A stretch of DNA of 64,000 nt from Octopus vulgaris (GCA_951406725.2 OX597815.1:174158001-174222000); one strand, 5' to 3'. Positions 1 through 14,226 are shown, counted from the first letter of the stretch. Notes: generated from the sequence alone by a model not told the origin. Made by a program: numbers and translations.

Positions 1-183
1 AGTATGAAAGATTAAGAAAATGAGAGAGACTGAAACAACGTGTTAACGATACAAGATACTTTATTCGACTGCCGTTGTTGTACAAGTTAATTGTTTTGAC
101 GGGAAACAAAGTGAAAGTCCTTTTATCAAGGGAGACAATGGGCGACGTTGATTGTTCATGTTTGTTGTGATGATTATATAACA

Positions 184-2275
184 TCACTCTGAGTGAGAGG
201 CCCTTTGTTGCCAACAGAGGTAGGAGCTCTCTGATCTTTGCCCAGCCTATTCTTATTCTCGCAGCTACCCTCTCAGAGCATCCACCTCCAATACTGACTT
301 GGCCATCTAGATAACAGAAGCTATCTAATACTACTAGCTTACGCCACTGGTATTTGATAGAGTTTATTTTGTGTACATTTTTAGTGTTTATTGTACCTGT
401 GCACCTTCCACACAAAAACTATTTTCTCAGTTAACCTTCCTCTGATATTGCTGTACCTCTTATGTGTCCATAGCTTGCACCGGGTATATCTTATGGAATT
501 TCTACCTACACTTTTCCTACAGATCGAGTAGGGCCATCTACCTGAAGGCATTTGTGATTTGTCTGCTTTCCAACTTACTAAGAATAGGTTAACTCTAAGG
601 CCCTTTGATTCTAGACCTTGCTTCCATACCTGAAATTTCTCTAGTTCTGTTAGTGACTCAGCTATAAGAACAAGCTTATCAGCATACAGGAGCTCTCGGG
701 GGCAGCCCATCTTAAATTTCTCTGTTATTGCCTGGAGGACTATGATGAACAGAAGGGGCCGAGGACTGATCCTTGGTGAACTCCTACTTGTACCCTAAAT
801 TCATCACTATACTCACTGCCAAACCTCACCTTACTGCTTGCATCCCTGTACATGGCTTCTACAGCTCTCACCAACCCCTTGTCTATCCCTAGTTTCCGCA
901 TTGACCACCAGATAAGGAATTATGAGACTCTGTCAAAGGCTTTCTCCATGTCAACAAAAGCCATGTACAGAGGTTTATCTTTGGCTAAGTACTTCACCTG
1001 CAGCTGCCTTACCAGAAATATAGTATCAGTGATACTTTTCACTGGGATAAAACCAAACTGCATCTCATCTAGACTAACTCTCCTTAATTAGTTGGGCTAT
1101 GACCCTCACCATGACTTTCATTACCTGATCCAACAATTGATATCTCTGTAATTATTTCTATCTAAGGCATCACCTTTACCTTTGTAGCAGTTGACTATGA
1201 TGCTGCTACACCAGTCATTGGGTATGACTCCTTCGTGGACCACCTGATTAACTATACAGGTGACTAGACCATAGCACACACCACCAGATATTTTAAGTAT
1301 CTCAGCAGTGATTCCTTATGGGCTGGGGATTTCCCCCATCTACATATAATCATGGCTTTGTCTATTTGGATTGTGGCTCCCTCCGTTGGATCAACATTAG
1401 GCAGACTCTCCTTCTCCCATGAGTTCTCTACATTTAGTAGCCTTTCATAGTGGCACTTCCAAGCCTCTTTCTTTGCAGCGTCACTAACTGCAAGTAAACC
1501 ATCATCCATGCAAATACTCTTCTCTCTCACAACATTGCAATTTTCCCTGGCACACTGTCTTGCAAACTGAAACACTTCAAGCCACTGGTCCTCACACTGC
1601 AGAACATTGGCAAACTTCTTCCTTTCTGGTTCACCCCTGGTTAAGTATACATGCTTCCTAGCTTCCCTTGTAGCTGCTTGATATAGCTCCCTGCTACCAC
1701 TACCCTTCCAGTCCTTCCAAGTCATTGCTTTTATTTTTGCTCTAATGGCCCTGTCAACTACATTGTTCCACCATCCTAAGTCTGGTTGGGACTTTGCACC
1801 ACCCACAAATTTGGTCTGTGACTCTCAGTAAGTTGTCTCATAGGAACTTCCAGCTATCCTCAATATTGCAAGTCTGTGACTCCGCCTCCTTTTCATCAAG
1901 TGTTTCATTTAGGAAGTCCCTAAATCTCTGACTATTCTATGGATCCTTAAGCTTCCAGATCTTTCTTTTCCAAACTGGCTTACTTCTTGGAATCCTTCGT
2001 GCCTGCAGTTTGAAGTCGCTAACAAGTAACCTATGATGAGAGGTACACTCTTCACCAGAGAAGGACTTTGCATTTATGAGCAGCCATGAATCCCACTTTC
2101 TGATGAGAATGTAGTCAATCTGACAGCATGGTCACCAGATTTATAGGCTATCAAGGGACTGGCTGGTTTACTGAAGCTGGTTGTTTCAAATCATTAGGCC
2201 ATTTGCATCACAGAACTCCAGGAGCCAATTCCACAGCCACCATGAACCCCTTGAAAGACACATGGCTGCTGCCCA
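184..2275 (-). mobile_element. Decayed RTE-clade LINE fragment (end of APE endonuclease plus reverse transcriptase)
   Basis: Minus-strand peptides LLEFCDANGLMI, WWNNVVDRAI..AWKCHYERLLNVEN, GCPRELLYADKLVLIAESL, collinear with the RTE copy at 40900-42996; frameshifts and stops. Confidence 0.9.
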
Positions 2276-2677
2276 ACATTGAACGGTCATTTTCAAAACA
2301 AGAACATGATGGCTCAAGCTGCGAGCAAAATTAGAAGCCGATATGAGAGAAGGGACAAGCAATAAAGCTGATAAGAAAATATAGATGAGAGAAGGCACAA
2401 GCAATGAATTACAATTAAATTAAATTAAGTTACGGTTAAAGTTAGATTAGATTAGATTAGACTAAATTAAATTAAATTATGTTGAGACAAGTTAGTAAGT
2501 ATCATCAGGTTAGGCTAGAATGCTGTGTGGATTTAATTGAGAAAGGGGAAAACGAACTTATCTGCACATAACTAGATGGACAGAAGTGAAATAAGATGGG
2601 GAAATCGGTAATGAAGCACATGTTGGTTAGGTAATTATCTGTGTAAAATTCCCCTAGCTTCATTTCTTTGAAGCTTA

Positions 2678-2906
2678 CACATGTCCTCAGCAGTCACAGC
2701 CCATGTTTCATTGCTGAGTAGCTCAGCTGTTTGCACACAGGAATCATACAATCTGCATTTCACTCTTAGGGAGAGGCCCTTTGTTGCCAACAGAGGTAGG
2801 AGCTCTCTGAACTTTGCCCAGCCTATTCTTATTCTTGCAGCTACCCTCTCAGAGCATCCACTTCCAATACTGACTTGGCCATCTAGATAACAGAAGCTAT
2901 CTAATA
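2678..2906 (-). mobile_element. Second RTE RT C-terminal fragment
   Basis: 2761-2906 is nearly identical to 184-330 (gagaggccctttgttgccaacagagg...cagaagctatctaatac); extends into the ETWAVTAEDM region. Confidence 0.85.
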
Positions 2907-3212
2907 CAAACCAGCCAACGCATCATATGTTACTGAATGTTACTGGTTCAAATTTCTTAATTCATAAGAAATATGAAAGGGAAGCATACATTATCTCTAT
3001 TGGTTTCAGTAGTGTCCAATAGTAAAACCATTTTAAACTACTACAAGAGACAATGGAATAGACAAAAGAAGAGCTGCCACAAAGTTCTCGATCTGATAGG
3101 CCAAGTCATGAAAGCATTTGAGAAAGTCAAAGTTAATGCAACTAACAGAAAATACAAAATGTCTGAGCCATTTGGGAAAAAGCTTTGTTTATATGGGGTG
3201 TTGTGTGTACTT

Positions 3213-3408
3213 CATCATCATCATCATCATCATCATCGTTTAACGTCCGTTCTCCATGCTAGCATGGGTTGGACAGTTCGACCGGGGATCTGGGAAGCCA
3301 GAAGGCTGCACCAGGCTCCGGTCTTATCTGGCAATGTTTCTACAGCTGGATGCCCTTCTTAACACCAACCACTCCGTGAGTGTAGTGGGTGCTTTTTACG
3401 TGCCACCG
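3213..3408 (-). mobile_element. 5'-truncated RTE 3' end with (GAT)n tail
   Basis: (cat)n-cgtttaacgtccgttctccatgctagcatggg... is the reverse complement of the RTE 3' end at ~43330-43533. Confidence 0.85.
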
Positions 3409-5069
3409 ACCAAGCAAGAAATAGCTATACAAAAGTTGTTGTGGAATCTCTTACAGACTATCAAAGAACCAGAACTTTAGATGTAGAGGAGTATTTAGCT
3501 ATAGGAGTTTCCACGAAATATAGTCTGAGTACTGGTCAGACACTTCCTTAAACAATGTAGATAATTTCTGCAAACAGAAAACCTAACTACTAGTGGAAAT
3601 AGCCCTAAGTAGATTATAGTAGCTCCCTTAAGTTATGTGTGGAAGAAATTCTGGGAGCTATTAACTTTAACAGCAAGAAATTCTTCTCTTTTCATATAAA
3701 AAGTAGATTATATGAAACATATGTACAGCATAGAAGTTAGCTGTGTGCATTGGATGTGAAAGATCTGCAAAGGCTGAAGAAAAATGAGTTAAATATCATT
3801 CATTGACCATGTTACATCAATTTGCATGAAAGGCAGGACACAGATCACAGTGGGTATTAAAAGCATTAACTAATATATATAGGGAAGTTACCTCTGCTGG
3901 TATTGACATGTTATGTGAATGGATGAAATATTGTTATGTGCTAACAGTAAAAGGTACAACTGATGGAAAAAGACCAAGGAAAACAGGAGAATAAACAGTG
4001 AAGTCAATTTCCAGTATTTTGGATCTCGTGAACAGGATAACACTATGTCAAGAGAACTTATATGCTTTACTGCAGATTTATCCACTCATGCTAGCATGGA
4101 AAAATGTTTGTTTAAAAAAATAGCGGTGAAGACTGTTGTAATAGTGGAAGCAAGGTGGAAGAAGTGGACGAAATGTATTATCTAGATTTCCCTCAAAGAT
4201 TTGTTAATACTGTTCATGTCATTTTAGGGTCTAGTTTGACAGAATAAATGTCTGTCAGTAGAATATATATCCAGTTTGAGGTTTTATGAAATTAACACAC
4301 AGCTGTAAGTATTCTATATTTTCACAATATCAGCTATGTTACAAACATAATAAAAGATAACTAGCTGTTTCCAAGAGCTTAAAGACATTGATCGACTGTG
4401 TTATCTAACTGAACAAAATAATTGTAGGGAAATACATTTTACCTAGCTTCTAATGTAGGAGTTTGCTGTTAAGCTGTCATTAATAATGTGAACAGTTAAT
4501 TTAATATAAATTAGACACTATGCAACTATCCAAGAGATGATTAATTTATCTTGCATCACAGATTAAATAAAACCAACAAATTTAGAAAAGTAAGAAGTTA
4601 TTTCTGAATAAGAAAATCTGAAGGTAAAAATATACTGACAACGTTCCCAAAGTAAAGATAAGATAAAGCACATATTAAGTTTTCTTAAGAACATTTTAAG
4701 AAACATAATAAAGCTGTATCTCTTGTATATTCTAGAATTACTTAAAAGCTTTGGAAACATGACAAGCGTGAGCAAGGGAATCTTTTTTCTACCATCTCAA
4801 GTTAAATACTGAAAGATGTATGAAGGGTACAACTTCATTCTGATGTTGGAGGAAGTATACTATTTAAAAGCTTCTTAAAATAAATATACTAAGCTATAAA
4901 AATATAGGTAAATCATTGCTCAATGGAAATGTAGAAATAAAACTTCTAACTACTGACAACAATCATGAATATAAAAGACTTCAGAATTTCAGAATGCGTA
5001 TATGTAACGATAATTAGAAATCAAATGCAAAAAAAGTTCTATTAATTGAAATGCTTCATCACTTTTTTT

Positions 5070-5316
5070 ATATATCCACTTGTCCATGTTTGTATAAATC
5101 AGATGGAATTTGTTGAAGCAGATTTTCTACAGCCAGATGTACTTCTGTTACCAGCTTTCATCTGTTTTCCACATAAGATTATATTTCCCCATGGCCAGAC
5201 ATGTTCTTGCAAAAGATTGGAAATGAAGGATACCACTTGTGCAATGGTGACACAACTACTACATGATGTCAAGGCAAGAAGACAGAAACACACACACACA
5301 TACACACACACACACG

Positions 5317-5382
<66 letters not shown>

Positions 5383-5552
5383 CACACATACACACTCATA
5401 CACATGATAGGTTTCTTTCAGTTTCCATCTTCTATATCTGCTTAGAAGCTTTAGTCAACCTGAAGCTATAGTAGAAGACACTTGCTTAAGGTGCTACACA
5501 GTAGCACCTGAAACCATGTGGTTAAGAAACAAACTTCTTACTACATAGCCAT
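5070..5552 (-). mobile_element. Composite SINE: tRNA-like head, (TG)n linker, RTE-like tail
   Basis: Head at ~5405-5552 matches the SINE at 10217; (CA)n 5288-5404; tail at ~5070-5285 resembles the tail at 44380-44565. Confidence 0.6.
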
Positions 5553-6829
5553 TCCAGCATTTATTCAGTATGAATTTCAGTATTTGAAAAACATACTTTG
5601 AAGGATAGTATTACCAAACAGTGCTGTTAATTATCAATTTACTTGTACAATAGTTACATTTTTCAAAATGAGTAAAATTTCAAAACATAACAGTAAAAGT
5701 AGTAATTGTTTATATTTAAATGTAGCTTGGTTTGATGAGTTACGAACTAAACTATTATTGTGTTTAAAATTCTTTATCAGGTAACTTGAATTTGCTAATG
5801 AAGAGGAATACTTGGCAGCAATATATTTTTTTAAATAAACAATTTCGTATGTTATTTGGCCTATAACTCTGGAAAGTGGATATAGCAGAATTCTTGCAGA
5901 GAAACATATACGTTATAATTTTGGTGAGCAGGTAACCAGAAGATTTAGAGCTACTGGTCACAATCATTGCAGTAATTAAATAGGAAAATTTATTAGTAAG
6001 AGAACACATTCTATACCACCATACGATTCTTTGTTTATGCAATTTTGTTTTCTTTTCAAATTCAGTACAATACAGCAGTGACTAATGATACACACTACCT
6101 AAGATGTGAGAGCAGTATTCCATAAATAAAATTTAGGTTTCTTTATAATTCAGAGTCAAGTACTTGCTAGCTTTTGAAAGAAACAAAGCTCACTTGAATT
6201 TCCTTTGGCCATATTGAATACTTTTGTTTCTGGAAAAGATTACTGGAGGCAATTGATCCCATTATTAACAGGATGTAAAGGACTCTCAGTCTGCTATTAT
6301 TCATGAGAAATAAAAATGCCAATCAATTTTCTTTTTCTAAAAGATAATCTGTATTATGTTTTATGAATTATGATTCACTTCCTAAACCTCAGAAGGAAAT
6401 ATTTTCACAAAGAATGGATGCCATTAATAGGATTAAATCTTTCAAAATTGTTATTTACAATGTGTGCAATGAAAAGAAGAAAGAATAGTGAAGAAGAGTA
6501 GTGTCATCAGTTAACAGTGGGTATGAGCAAAGTATATTCCTCTCTGCATTGGTTTACTGATGATTGTTATTATGAAATAAGATTGAGTAACTTCTTTATA
6601 TAGGACACAATTTCCTAAGGAAAATGTAAAAAATGCCAACTATTTAACATTTCTTTTTAACAGGAACATTTTCATTCATTCAAACACTCTAGAGCTTTCA
6701 TTAGTTACTTGAAGTCTCAGTAACAACCACCTTCACGCTTACATAACTAGGATTTTTTCATGGGATAATATGGAGTAATGCCACATGGTTGTACCCCTTA
6801 TTTAACAAGTTGAGACAGTGCATGGCTTA

Positions 6830-7300
6830 ATGCTTCCTTAAAATACCCCATTTTAGTGAGAGGATAACTACGGCCATCTGAAGAGCCATAAGAAGAGAAG
6901 GATTAGACACACAACTAGCCCACTCTGGCCCCTCTCTGAGAAGACACCTAGCAAAGAAATGAGCAAGGGACAGCAAATCAATGTACACTAGCTAACTGCC
7001 CCATCCATGACAGATTTATGCTAATGGGTAAATGTTGTGTATAGAATACAATGTAACAAATATAACAAGTTCTATGTGGGTAGCATAACAAGACTGTTAC
7101 ACATTTGCATCAAAGATCATCTGAACATGAGAGCCTCCTCCTACAGAAAACATCTAGACAGATGCCAGAACACCGACAAAAGCAAAAATCACAACTGAGA
7201 CCAATGAAAGAAATTTGGGTAATCTAAGAATTAAGGAAGCTTTCCTCATAGACAGACTAGGGCCCCAAATTAGCAACAGGCTGGAGGTTGGCAATCAGTA
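6830..7300 (+). pseudogene. Penelope-like element remnant: linker plus GIY-YIG endonuclease
   Basis: Hand translation from 7031: NVVYRIQCNKYNKFYVGSITRLLHICIKDHL, then after a frameshift NLRIKEAFLIDRLGPQISNR; upstream FLKIPHFSERITTAI*RAIRREGL..CTLANCPIH. Matches the PLE GIY-YIG pattern (VVY..C..YVG.T.R.L...I..H; R..E..I). Confidence 0.85.
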
Positions 7301-8039
7301 TATTATTTAGCTATATCTGGATGGGTGTAGGTTCATTTTTGTTAACATGCTCATGTATTATATAAAAAAAAAGAATAAAAAAAGAAACTGCACGTATAAT
7401 ACATAACTTAGAAGCAGCACTGTGGATGTGTCAACACATACAAGCTTGAGATATGGCCACCCCCATGCACTTCTCATGAGGAATTCTGGAAGGAGCTTCG
7501 TGAGACCACTGCAGAGATGCTTCCAGAAAAAAAAAAATCAGTAACCGTTGGAAAACCATTATAGCAGTGACTCAATCGATTCCTAGTGATATCTGAAGGA
7601 ATTTTTGTATTCCAAAATATTATTATTATATCAGAAAATGGATAATTAAATTATAATAGTTATTATCGTCCACCCTGCATTGTTGTGCCATTCAAGACAC
7701 ATTATATTTTATAAAAGATATAACTTATGTGTACATAGATTTGTTAACTAGACAGCCAAGGTAATACTTAACCTTGATCAATTGAGTGTACAAAATTAAT
7801 TATCACAAACTGAGAACTTTCTGTAAGGATGTTTTGTTGGCACTCATAAACTTATATTAGCTTATTTGACATGAAAACATGTTTACAAGCGATGGAAATT
7901 AAGTACTAAGTGATGGTAGGAAATGTAGGTATATGTTTAAGAATAAAAAGTATTCTCCATTGAAAGAGTTTTGAGAAATGATAAATTTAGTTTAAGAACT
8001 AAATAAGCATTAAAAATGGTAACTAAACACAATATCAAT

Positions 8040-8408
<369 letters not shown>

Positions 8409-8410
<2 letters not shown>

Positions 8411-8674
8411 TCATCATCATCGTTTAACGTCCGCTTTCCATGCTAGCATGGGTTGGACGGTTCAACTGGGATCTGGCAAGCCCGAAGGCTGCACCAGGCC
8501 AGTCAGATCTGGCGGTGTTTCTACAGCTGGATGCCCTTCCTAACGCCAACCACTCCGAGAGTGTAGTGGGTGATTTTATGTGCCACCGACACAGGTGCCA
8601 GACGAGGCTGGCAGACGGCCACGCTCGGATGGTGTTTTTTATGTGCCACCGACACAGGTGCCAGACGAGGCTGG
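8409..8674 (-). mobile_element. RTE 3' end with (GAT)n tail and ~62-bp internal repeats
   Basis: Near-identical to 50482-50760 and to the reverse complement of 17400-17670. Confidence 0.88.
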
Positions 8675-8680
8675 ATATAT

Positions 8681-9340
<660 letters not shown>

Positions 9341-9342
<2 letters not shown>

Positions 9343-10173
9343 TAAACAGTAAAAATAATTACAGACATGGACAAGAACATGAAACACCACAGAGACGACA
9401 CAAGAACCACAGGACGGGACATTCGAAGCCCTCAGTCATCAGTCAAGAACCAGATCATCTTAGCAATTTCGGCTGATTAATCTTGAGATTGCTCCGATAT
9501 GGGCAGCCCGCCAAGGGAAATCTAAGCCAAGCGCATTAGATCCCCTGGAAGAAAGCTTCGAATGTATACAACACGAGGACGGAAAACGAACGAAGTACAC
9601 GAACAAAAATACAGAATACGTGACACCAATAAGAATACAAAAACGTAAAAACAATAACGGTAAAAATAAAAAATAAACAACAAAACAAAACCAGGACGTA
9701 GGACAAGGGTCTTTCGACAGGACGAGTTGAGTATGGGGCTGGCTTATGAAGTTGTGCCTAATGGCCGCAGGGAGACGAACAAATACGTGTTGCTTCAGCG
9801 GCTGCTGGAACGAAAAGAGCGCTCAACAGCGGCTAGCGGTCACGTGAGAACAAAAGACAGGAGAAAGGGACAGATGAAAAGAGAGAGAAGGTGGACGAGG
9901 GAGGAGAAGAAAGAGACAGATCGAGGGGGCTGGAGGTGAGAGAGATAGAGAAACGTAGAAGGGGGGGAAGACGGATGGAGAGGGAAAGAAAGGAAGGGGA
10001 ATAAGGGAGGAGAGAGAGAGAGAGAAAGAGACAGATTAAGAGTCGTATCAATGCTAGAGAAAAAATATACTTATCGTATAAGGACAATTGTGGATACATA
10101 GCCGCCGATTATATAGGTAAACAGTAAAAATAATTACAGACATGGACAAGAACATGAAACACCACGGAGACGA
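9341..10173 (-). mobile_element. ~830-bp element with 58-bp terminal direct repeat, inserted in (TA)n
   Basis: ggtaaacagtaaaaataattacagacatggacaagaacatgaaacaccac(a/g)gagacga at 9341-9398 and 10116-10173 (1 mismatch, period 775); homologous to 23830-24560. Confidence 0.75.
9419..9565 (-). ncRNA. Candidate non-circularly permuted (pseudoknotted) hammerhead-like RNA
   Basis: Minus-strand order: ggctg..ccatatc..agcaAUC-tcaaga..cagcc-GAAA-ttgct..gatctgg..tcttga-CTGATGA; all helices complementary (one mismatch in ccatatc/gatctgg); closed by a 15-bp helix acattcgaagctttc/gagggcttcgaatgt. Confidence 0.6.
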
Positions 10174-10183
10174 TATATATATA

Positions 10184-10626
10184 TATAGGCACAGGAGTGG
10201 CTGTGTGGTAAGTAGCTATAGGCGCAGGAGTGGCTGTGTAGTAAGTAGCTTGCTAACCAGCCACATGGTTCTGGGTTCAGTCCCACTGTGTGGCATCTTG
10301 GGCAAATGTCTTCTGCTATAGCCCCGGGCCGACCAATGCCTTGTGAGTGGATTTGGTAGACGGAAACTGAAAGAAGCCTGTCGTATATATGTATGTGTAT
10401 GTATATGTTTGTGTGTCTGTGTTTGTCCCTCTAGCATTGCTTGACAACTGATGCTGGTGTGTTTACGTCCCCGTCACTTAGCGGTTCGGCAAAAGAGACC
10501 GATAGAATAAGTACTGGGCTTACAAAGAATAAGTCCCAGGGTCGATTTGCTCGACTAAAGGTGGTGCTCCAGCATGGCCGCAGTCAAATGACTGAAACAA
10601 GTAAAAGAATAAAAGAGTAAAGAGTA
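10184..10626 (+). mobile_element. tRNA-derived SINE with duplicated 33-bp head
   Basis: A-box-like tggctgtgtgg, B-box-like ggttcagtccc, internal (TG/TA)n, tail ggtgctccagcatggccgcagtcaaatgactgaaac plus A-rich repeats; second copy at 60566-60987. Confidence 0.85.
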
Positions 10627-10629
10627 TAT

Positions 10630-10938
10630 ATCAGCATCAGCATCATTATCATTGTCGTTTAATGTCTGCTTTCCATGCTGGCATTGGTTGGACAGTTTAA
10701 CTGAGGACTGGTGAGCCAGAAGGCTGCACCAGGCTCCAATCTGATCTGGCAAAGTTTCTTCAGCTGGATGCCCTTCCTAACGCCAACCACTCCAAGAGTG
10801 TAGTGGGTGCTTTTACGTGCCACCGACACGAGGGCCAATCAGGCGGTACAACCACGCTCAAAAGGTGTTTTTTACATGCCACCTGCACAGGAGTCAGTCC
10901 AGCGGCACTGGCAACAACCACGTTCAAATGTTGCTTTT
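10630..10938 (-). mobile_element. RTE-family 3' end
   Basis: cagctggatgcccttcctaacgccaaccactcc..gtgtagtgggtgctttt block shared with the other RTE tails. Confidence 0.8.
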
Positions 10939-13900
10939 AAAAATATAGAAGGAAGGGTTTCCAGAGGTAAAAATTCTAGCAAAACAGTTACTGATGTCTT
11001 GTGCAGGCTTCTGCCTGGTTGGTTCTTGTTAAACCTTCCTACCCATGCCAGCATGGAAGGCAGATGTTAAACAATGATGATGATTTATATGTATATGTAT
11101 GGTTTGTCCTTGTCTGTGTGTGTGTGTGTGTCTGTGTGCATGCATGAGCATGTGCATGTATGCATGTCTCTATGTATGTATGTGTATGTGTAACACTCCA
11201 ACCTATATTCATTGCTGAAGAACCACAGGAAGCAGATATCTTTTTACAAAAATTAATTATGCTGCCACAAGATAAAAAGACTTCCTACCCAAAACATAGT
11301 AATAACATAAACTACTTATTATTTTTTTAAAACAATACAGAGTTAATGATAAAAGCAGATATAGACTACAGCTATAAAAACAGAAGATGTTTTCATAAGA
11401 TGTCCTTTTAAATGTAATACATAATGTGTTCAAAATAATATTTACATCTCAATTTTGTGAATATCCATCAAATCAATGTAGACTGCTTAACAAAAACAAA
11501 ATAAAAAGAAAATAACAGACTGGATAATGAAGTTCAAGATACACTGTGCCCACTAAAAAATAAAGATGGATGGTCATGGTTTGATTGTCTTTGATTATAA
11601 ATTTCTTTGTTCAGGACTGACCTAGGGCTAAACAACATTCAGTCTACAAGACAGAAAGCATAGATTTATTTCAAAGTTTCCCAAAGTCAGATTATACAAT
11701 GTTTTCTATAAGATTAAATGTAAATGAAGAATGCAACTCACATTCTGTAGATCATTCTTAGATATTTGAAATAATTTCTTGAGAGAAATCTTTAAAGCAG
11801 GATATCTTTAAAGCTGTTATTCATTTATGCAACTTTTGAAGACATTTGAAAGAAATATTTAGACAAAGATAAAACTAATGATTGGTTAACACCTCTAAAC
11901 TAAGTTACAACACCCAATCAGCGGACCTATGATCAAAGGTATTCCAGCCATGACTATCCCATCTTTACTTTTCTTGATGTAATGCATCCAGAACTACATT
12001 ATCAAGTACATTTTTTTTAAAGCAGTAGGGTATGATTTAAGAGAATTTTAGTTGTTATTTCTAGCAAGTTAAACAACCATCCTGAGGCATCCGTTTAGGA
12101 TTATCTATAAAACTTAATAGAATAGTTGCTAAGCACACTTAAGAGTGATTCACTAAGAATTACACTTGCTACCATATGCATCAATATTGCAAAAATAACA
12201 GACTTCCTCCTTCTCTTCTTTCTGAACATATTGATTGACAACCAGTCCCACTCCAATTTTCTTAACATGCTTGCAAAAGATATTATTTGTTGAAGATTTT
12301 AGTTGTCAATCAAACCGTAGGCTATATATCCTAGATAACTAGTTTTGGTATCTTTAAGCTCATCATTATCAACACAGCTAAAAATATTTTGAAGCTGCAT
12401 GAAAAGATTTTGGCATTAGATATGTGTGTAACTCAATGCCCTCATTAATAGTTTTTCTATTCAAGCAACTATTGATATCACAATTATCAAGATTTGATAT
12501 CTTCTTTTTTTTTTCTATTTCACTTCTATTTGCTTGATCTTCAAATCTGAACTCATTTATACACATGACTTTGATAACAAATATCTTCTTCAGGGTGTTG
12601 GAGTATATTTACTGTATCTTGTCTTTCGTTTGCTGAAGAAACTGTCTCAGGATCTTATTCATGGCACAGCAGTATTCATTCCATTGAAACCACCTACAAA
12701 AACTAGTTTGATATTTAAGAGGAAAAAGGACAGATCTGATGAAAATTAAAAGAAATTGTTACATGGTTAATCTTTGGTATGGTACCAGTTAAATGTTTTA
12801 TTGGTTACTATTCTTTTTAATTAATTTTGATTTTAAAAAATGGAAAATTTCATGTTAGGATTAAAGGTAATGTTTATTTTATATTTTCATTTCAAACTCA
12901 TAATAATAATAATAATAATAACAACAACAACAACAACAACAACAACATTAATAATAATAATAATAATAATCATCATCATCATCATCATCATAATAATTTC
13001 CACATCTTAATTGCATAAATTTTATTTGAATTTTTCTATTTTCAGGTAGTATTTTGATGAAATCTTATTCACTTTTGAGTAAAATCAACTTGCATGTTGG
13101 CTGGAAATAAAATTAAACAAAATATGTAATCTTATATTCCTATAGTTTGGTGATACCACACCAATATTATTGTTTTCAGTATTGATGATGATGGTGTTAT
13201 TGTGAAACTTGGAACATAGCGGTTTTTTTTATCTTCAATATATTTTTTTCTATGATTAATTAATGACATTGAGTAAAGACGTTTTGTATATTGATTCCTT
13301 GTGTTTTTCTCTATTTTCCTCTCACCAATACTTCTCTATGGGTTAAATAAGCATCATGAAACACATTTTTTTCTATTTTCTCCATATTGGTTAAAATTAA
13401 ATATTTCATTAAATTTTATCCAAATAAGAGATTAATTTATTTTAACAATAACAAAACCAATGCATATCTTCAAGCTGTAAATTCAATTAGCATTCAACTT
13501 TATATGTGTTTTTCATCTCTCTTGAAATTTCTTCTTTCCTGATTTCATCTGAAATCAGATTAACTTGGACTGCATTTTTTCATTTTTTTCTATTTTTTAC
13601 CCTTTTTTAACAGAACTCCTTTCTATTCAAGTTTTACTGAAAAGTATCACGAATGTTTAACATCAAATTTTAAAAATTTTCTTATTTATTTATTTTCTGT
13701 ATTGATTGTTTGCTTCTGTAAACCTGAAGTAGATTTAGTGACATATGGGAAATAAATAGCTATATTAAAACATATTCTCACATAATACTCTAGTTTAGAG
13801 TTTTAAAGAATTTTCATGGTTATTGAAAACTTTTTCGTTTGATTCTCTTATTGCCTTCCTCCAATGAGTATATCGTATGTCAAGGAAGGTGGTTACTAAA

Positions 13901-14084
13901 TAAAATAAATAAATAAATAGATAAGCAAAAAAAAGCAGAAATCGATAGACAAGGTTTCTTAGCAAATTCTTCAACTTTTATTTTGTATGTGAAATATATA
14001 AAAACTGTTAAGTTAGATATTTACTTTGCACTGAGATGAAATAATGAAGTCAAAATCAAATTAATTGTTTCGTTTCATACACAC

Positions 14085-14226
14085 AAACACACACACACAC
14101 ACACACACACATACACACACACATGTACATATATATATATATAGATATAGATATAGATAGGATGATAGATAGATAGAGAGAGAGAGAAATAGAGAGAGAT
14201 AGAGAGATAGATAAATAGATAGATAT

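Noticed and set aside
7410-7450. ctgtgga-tgtgtcaacacat downstream of the GIY-YIG remnant as a fossil hammerhead
   Set aside because: Core too mutated; no GAAA or stem I.
12590-12694. Possible minus-strand terminal exon (ttttgtag|G-WFQWNEYCCAMNKILRQFLQQTKDKIQ*; GGFNG in another frame)
   Set aside because: No recognisable protein and no partner exons found.
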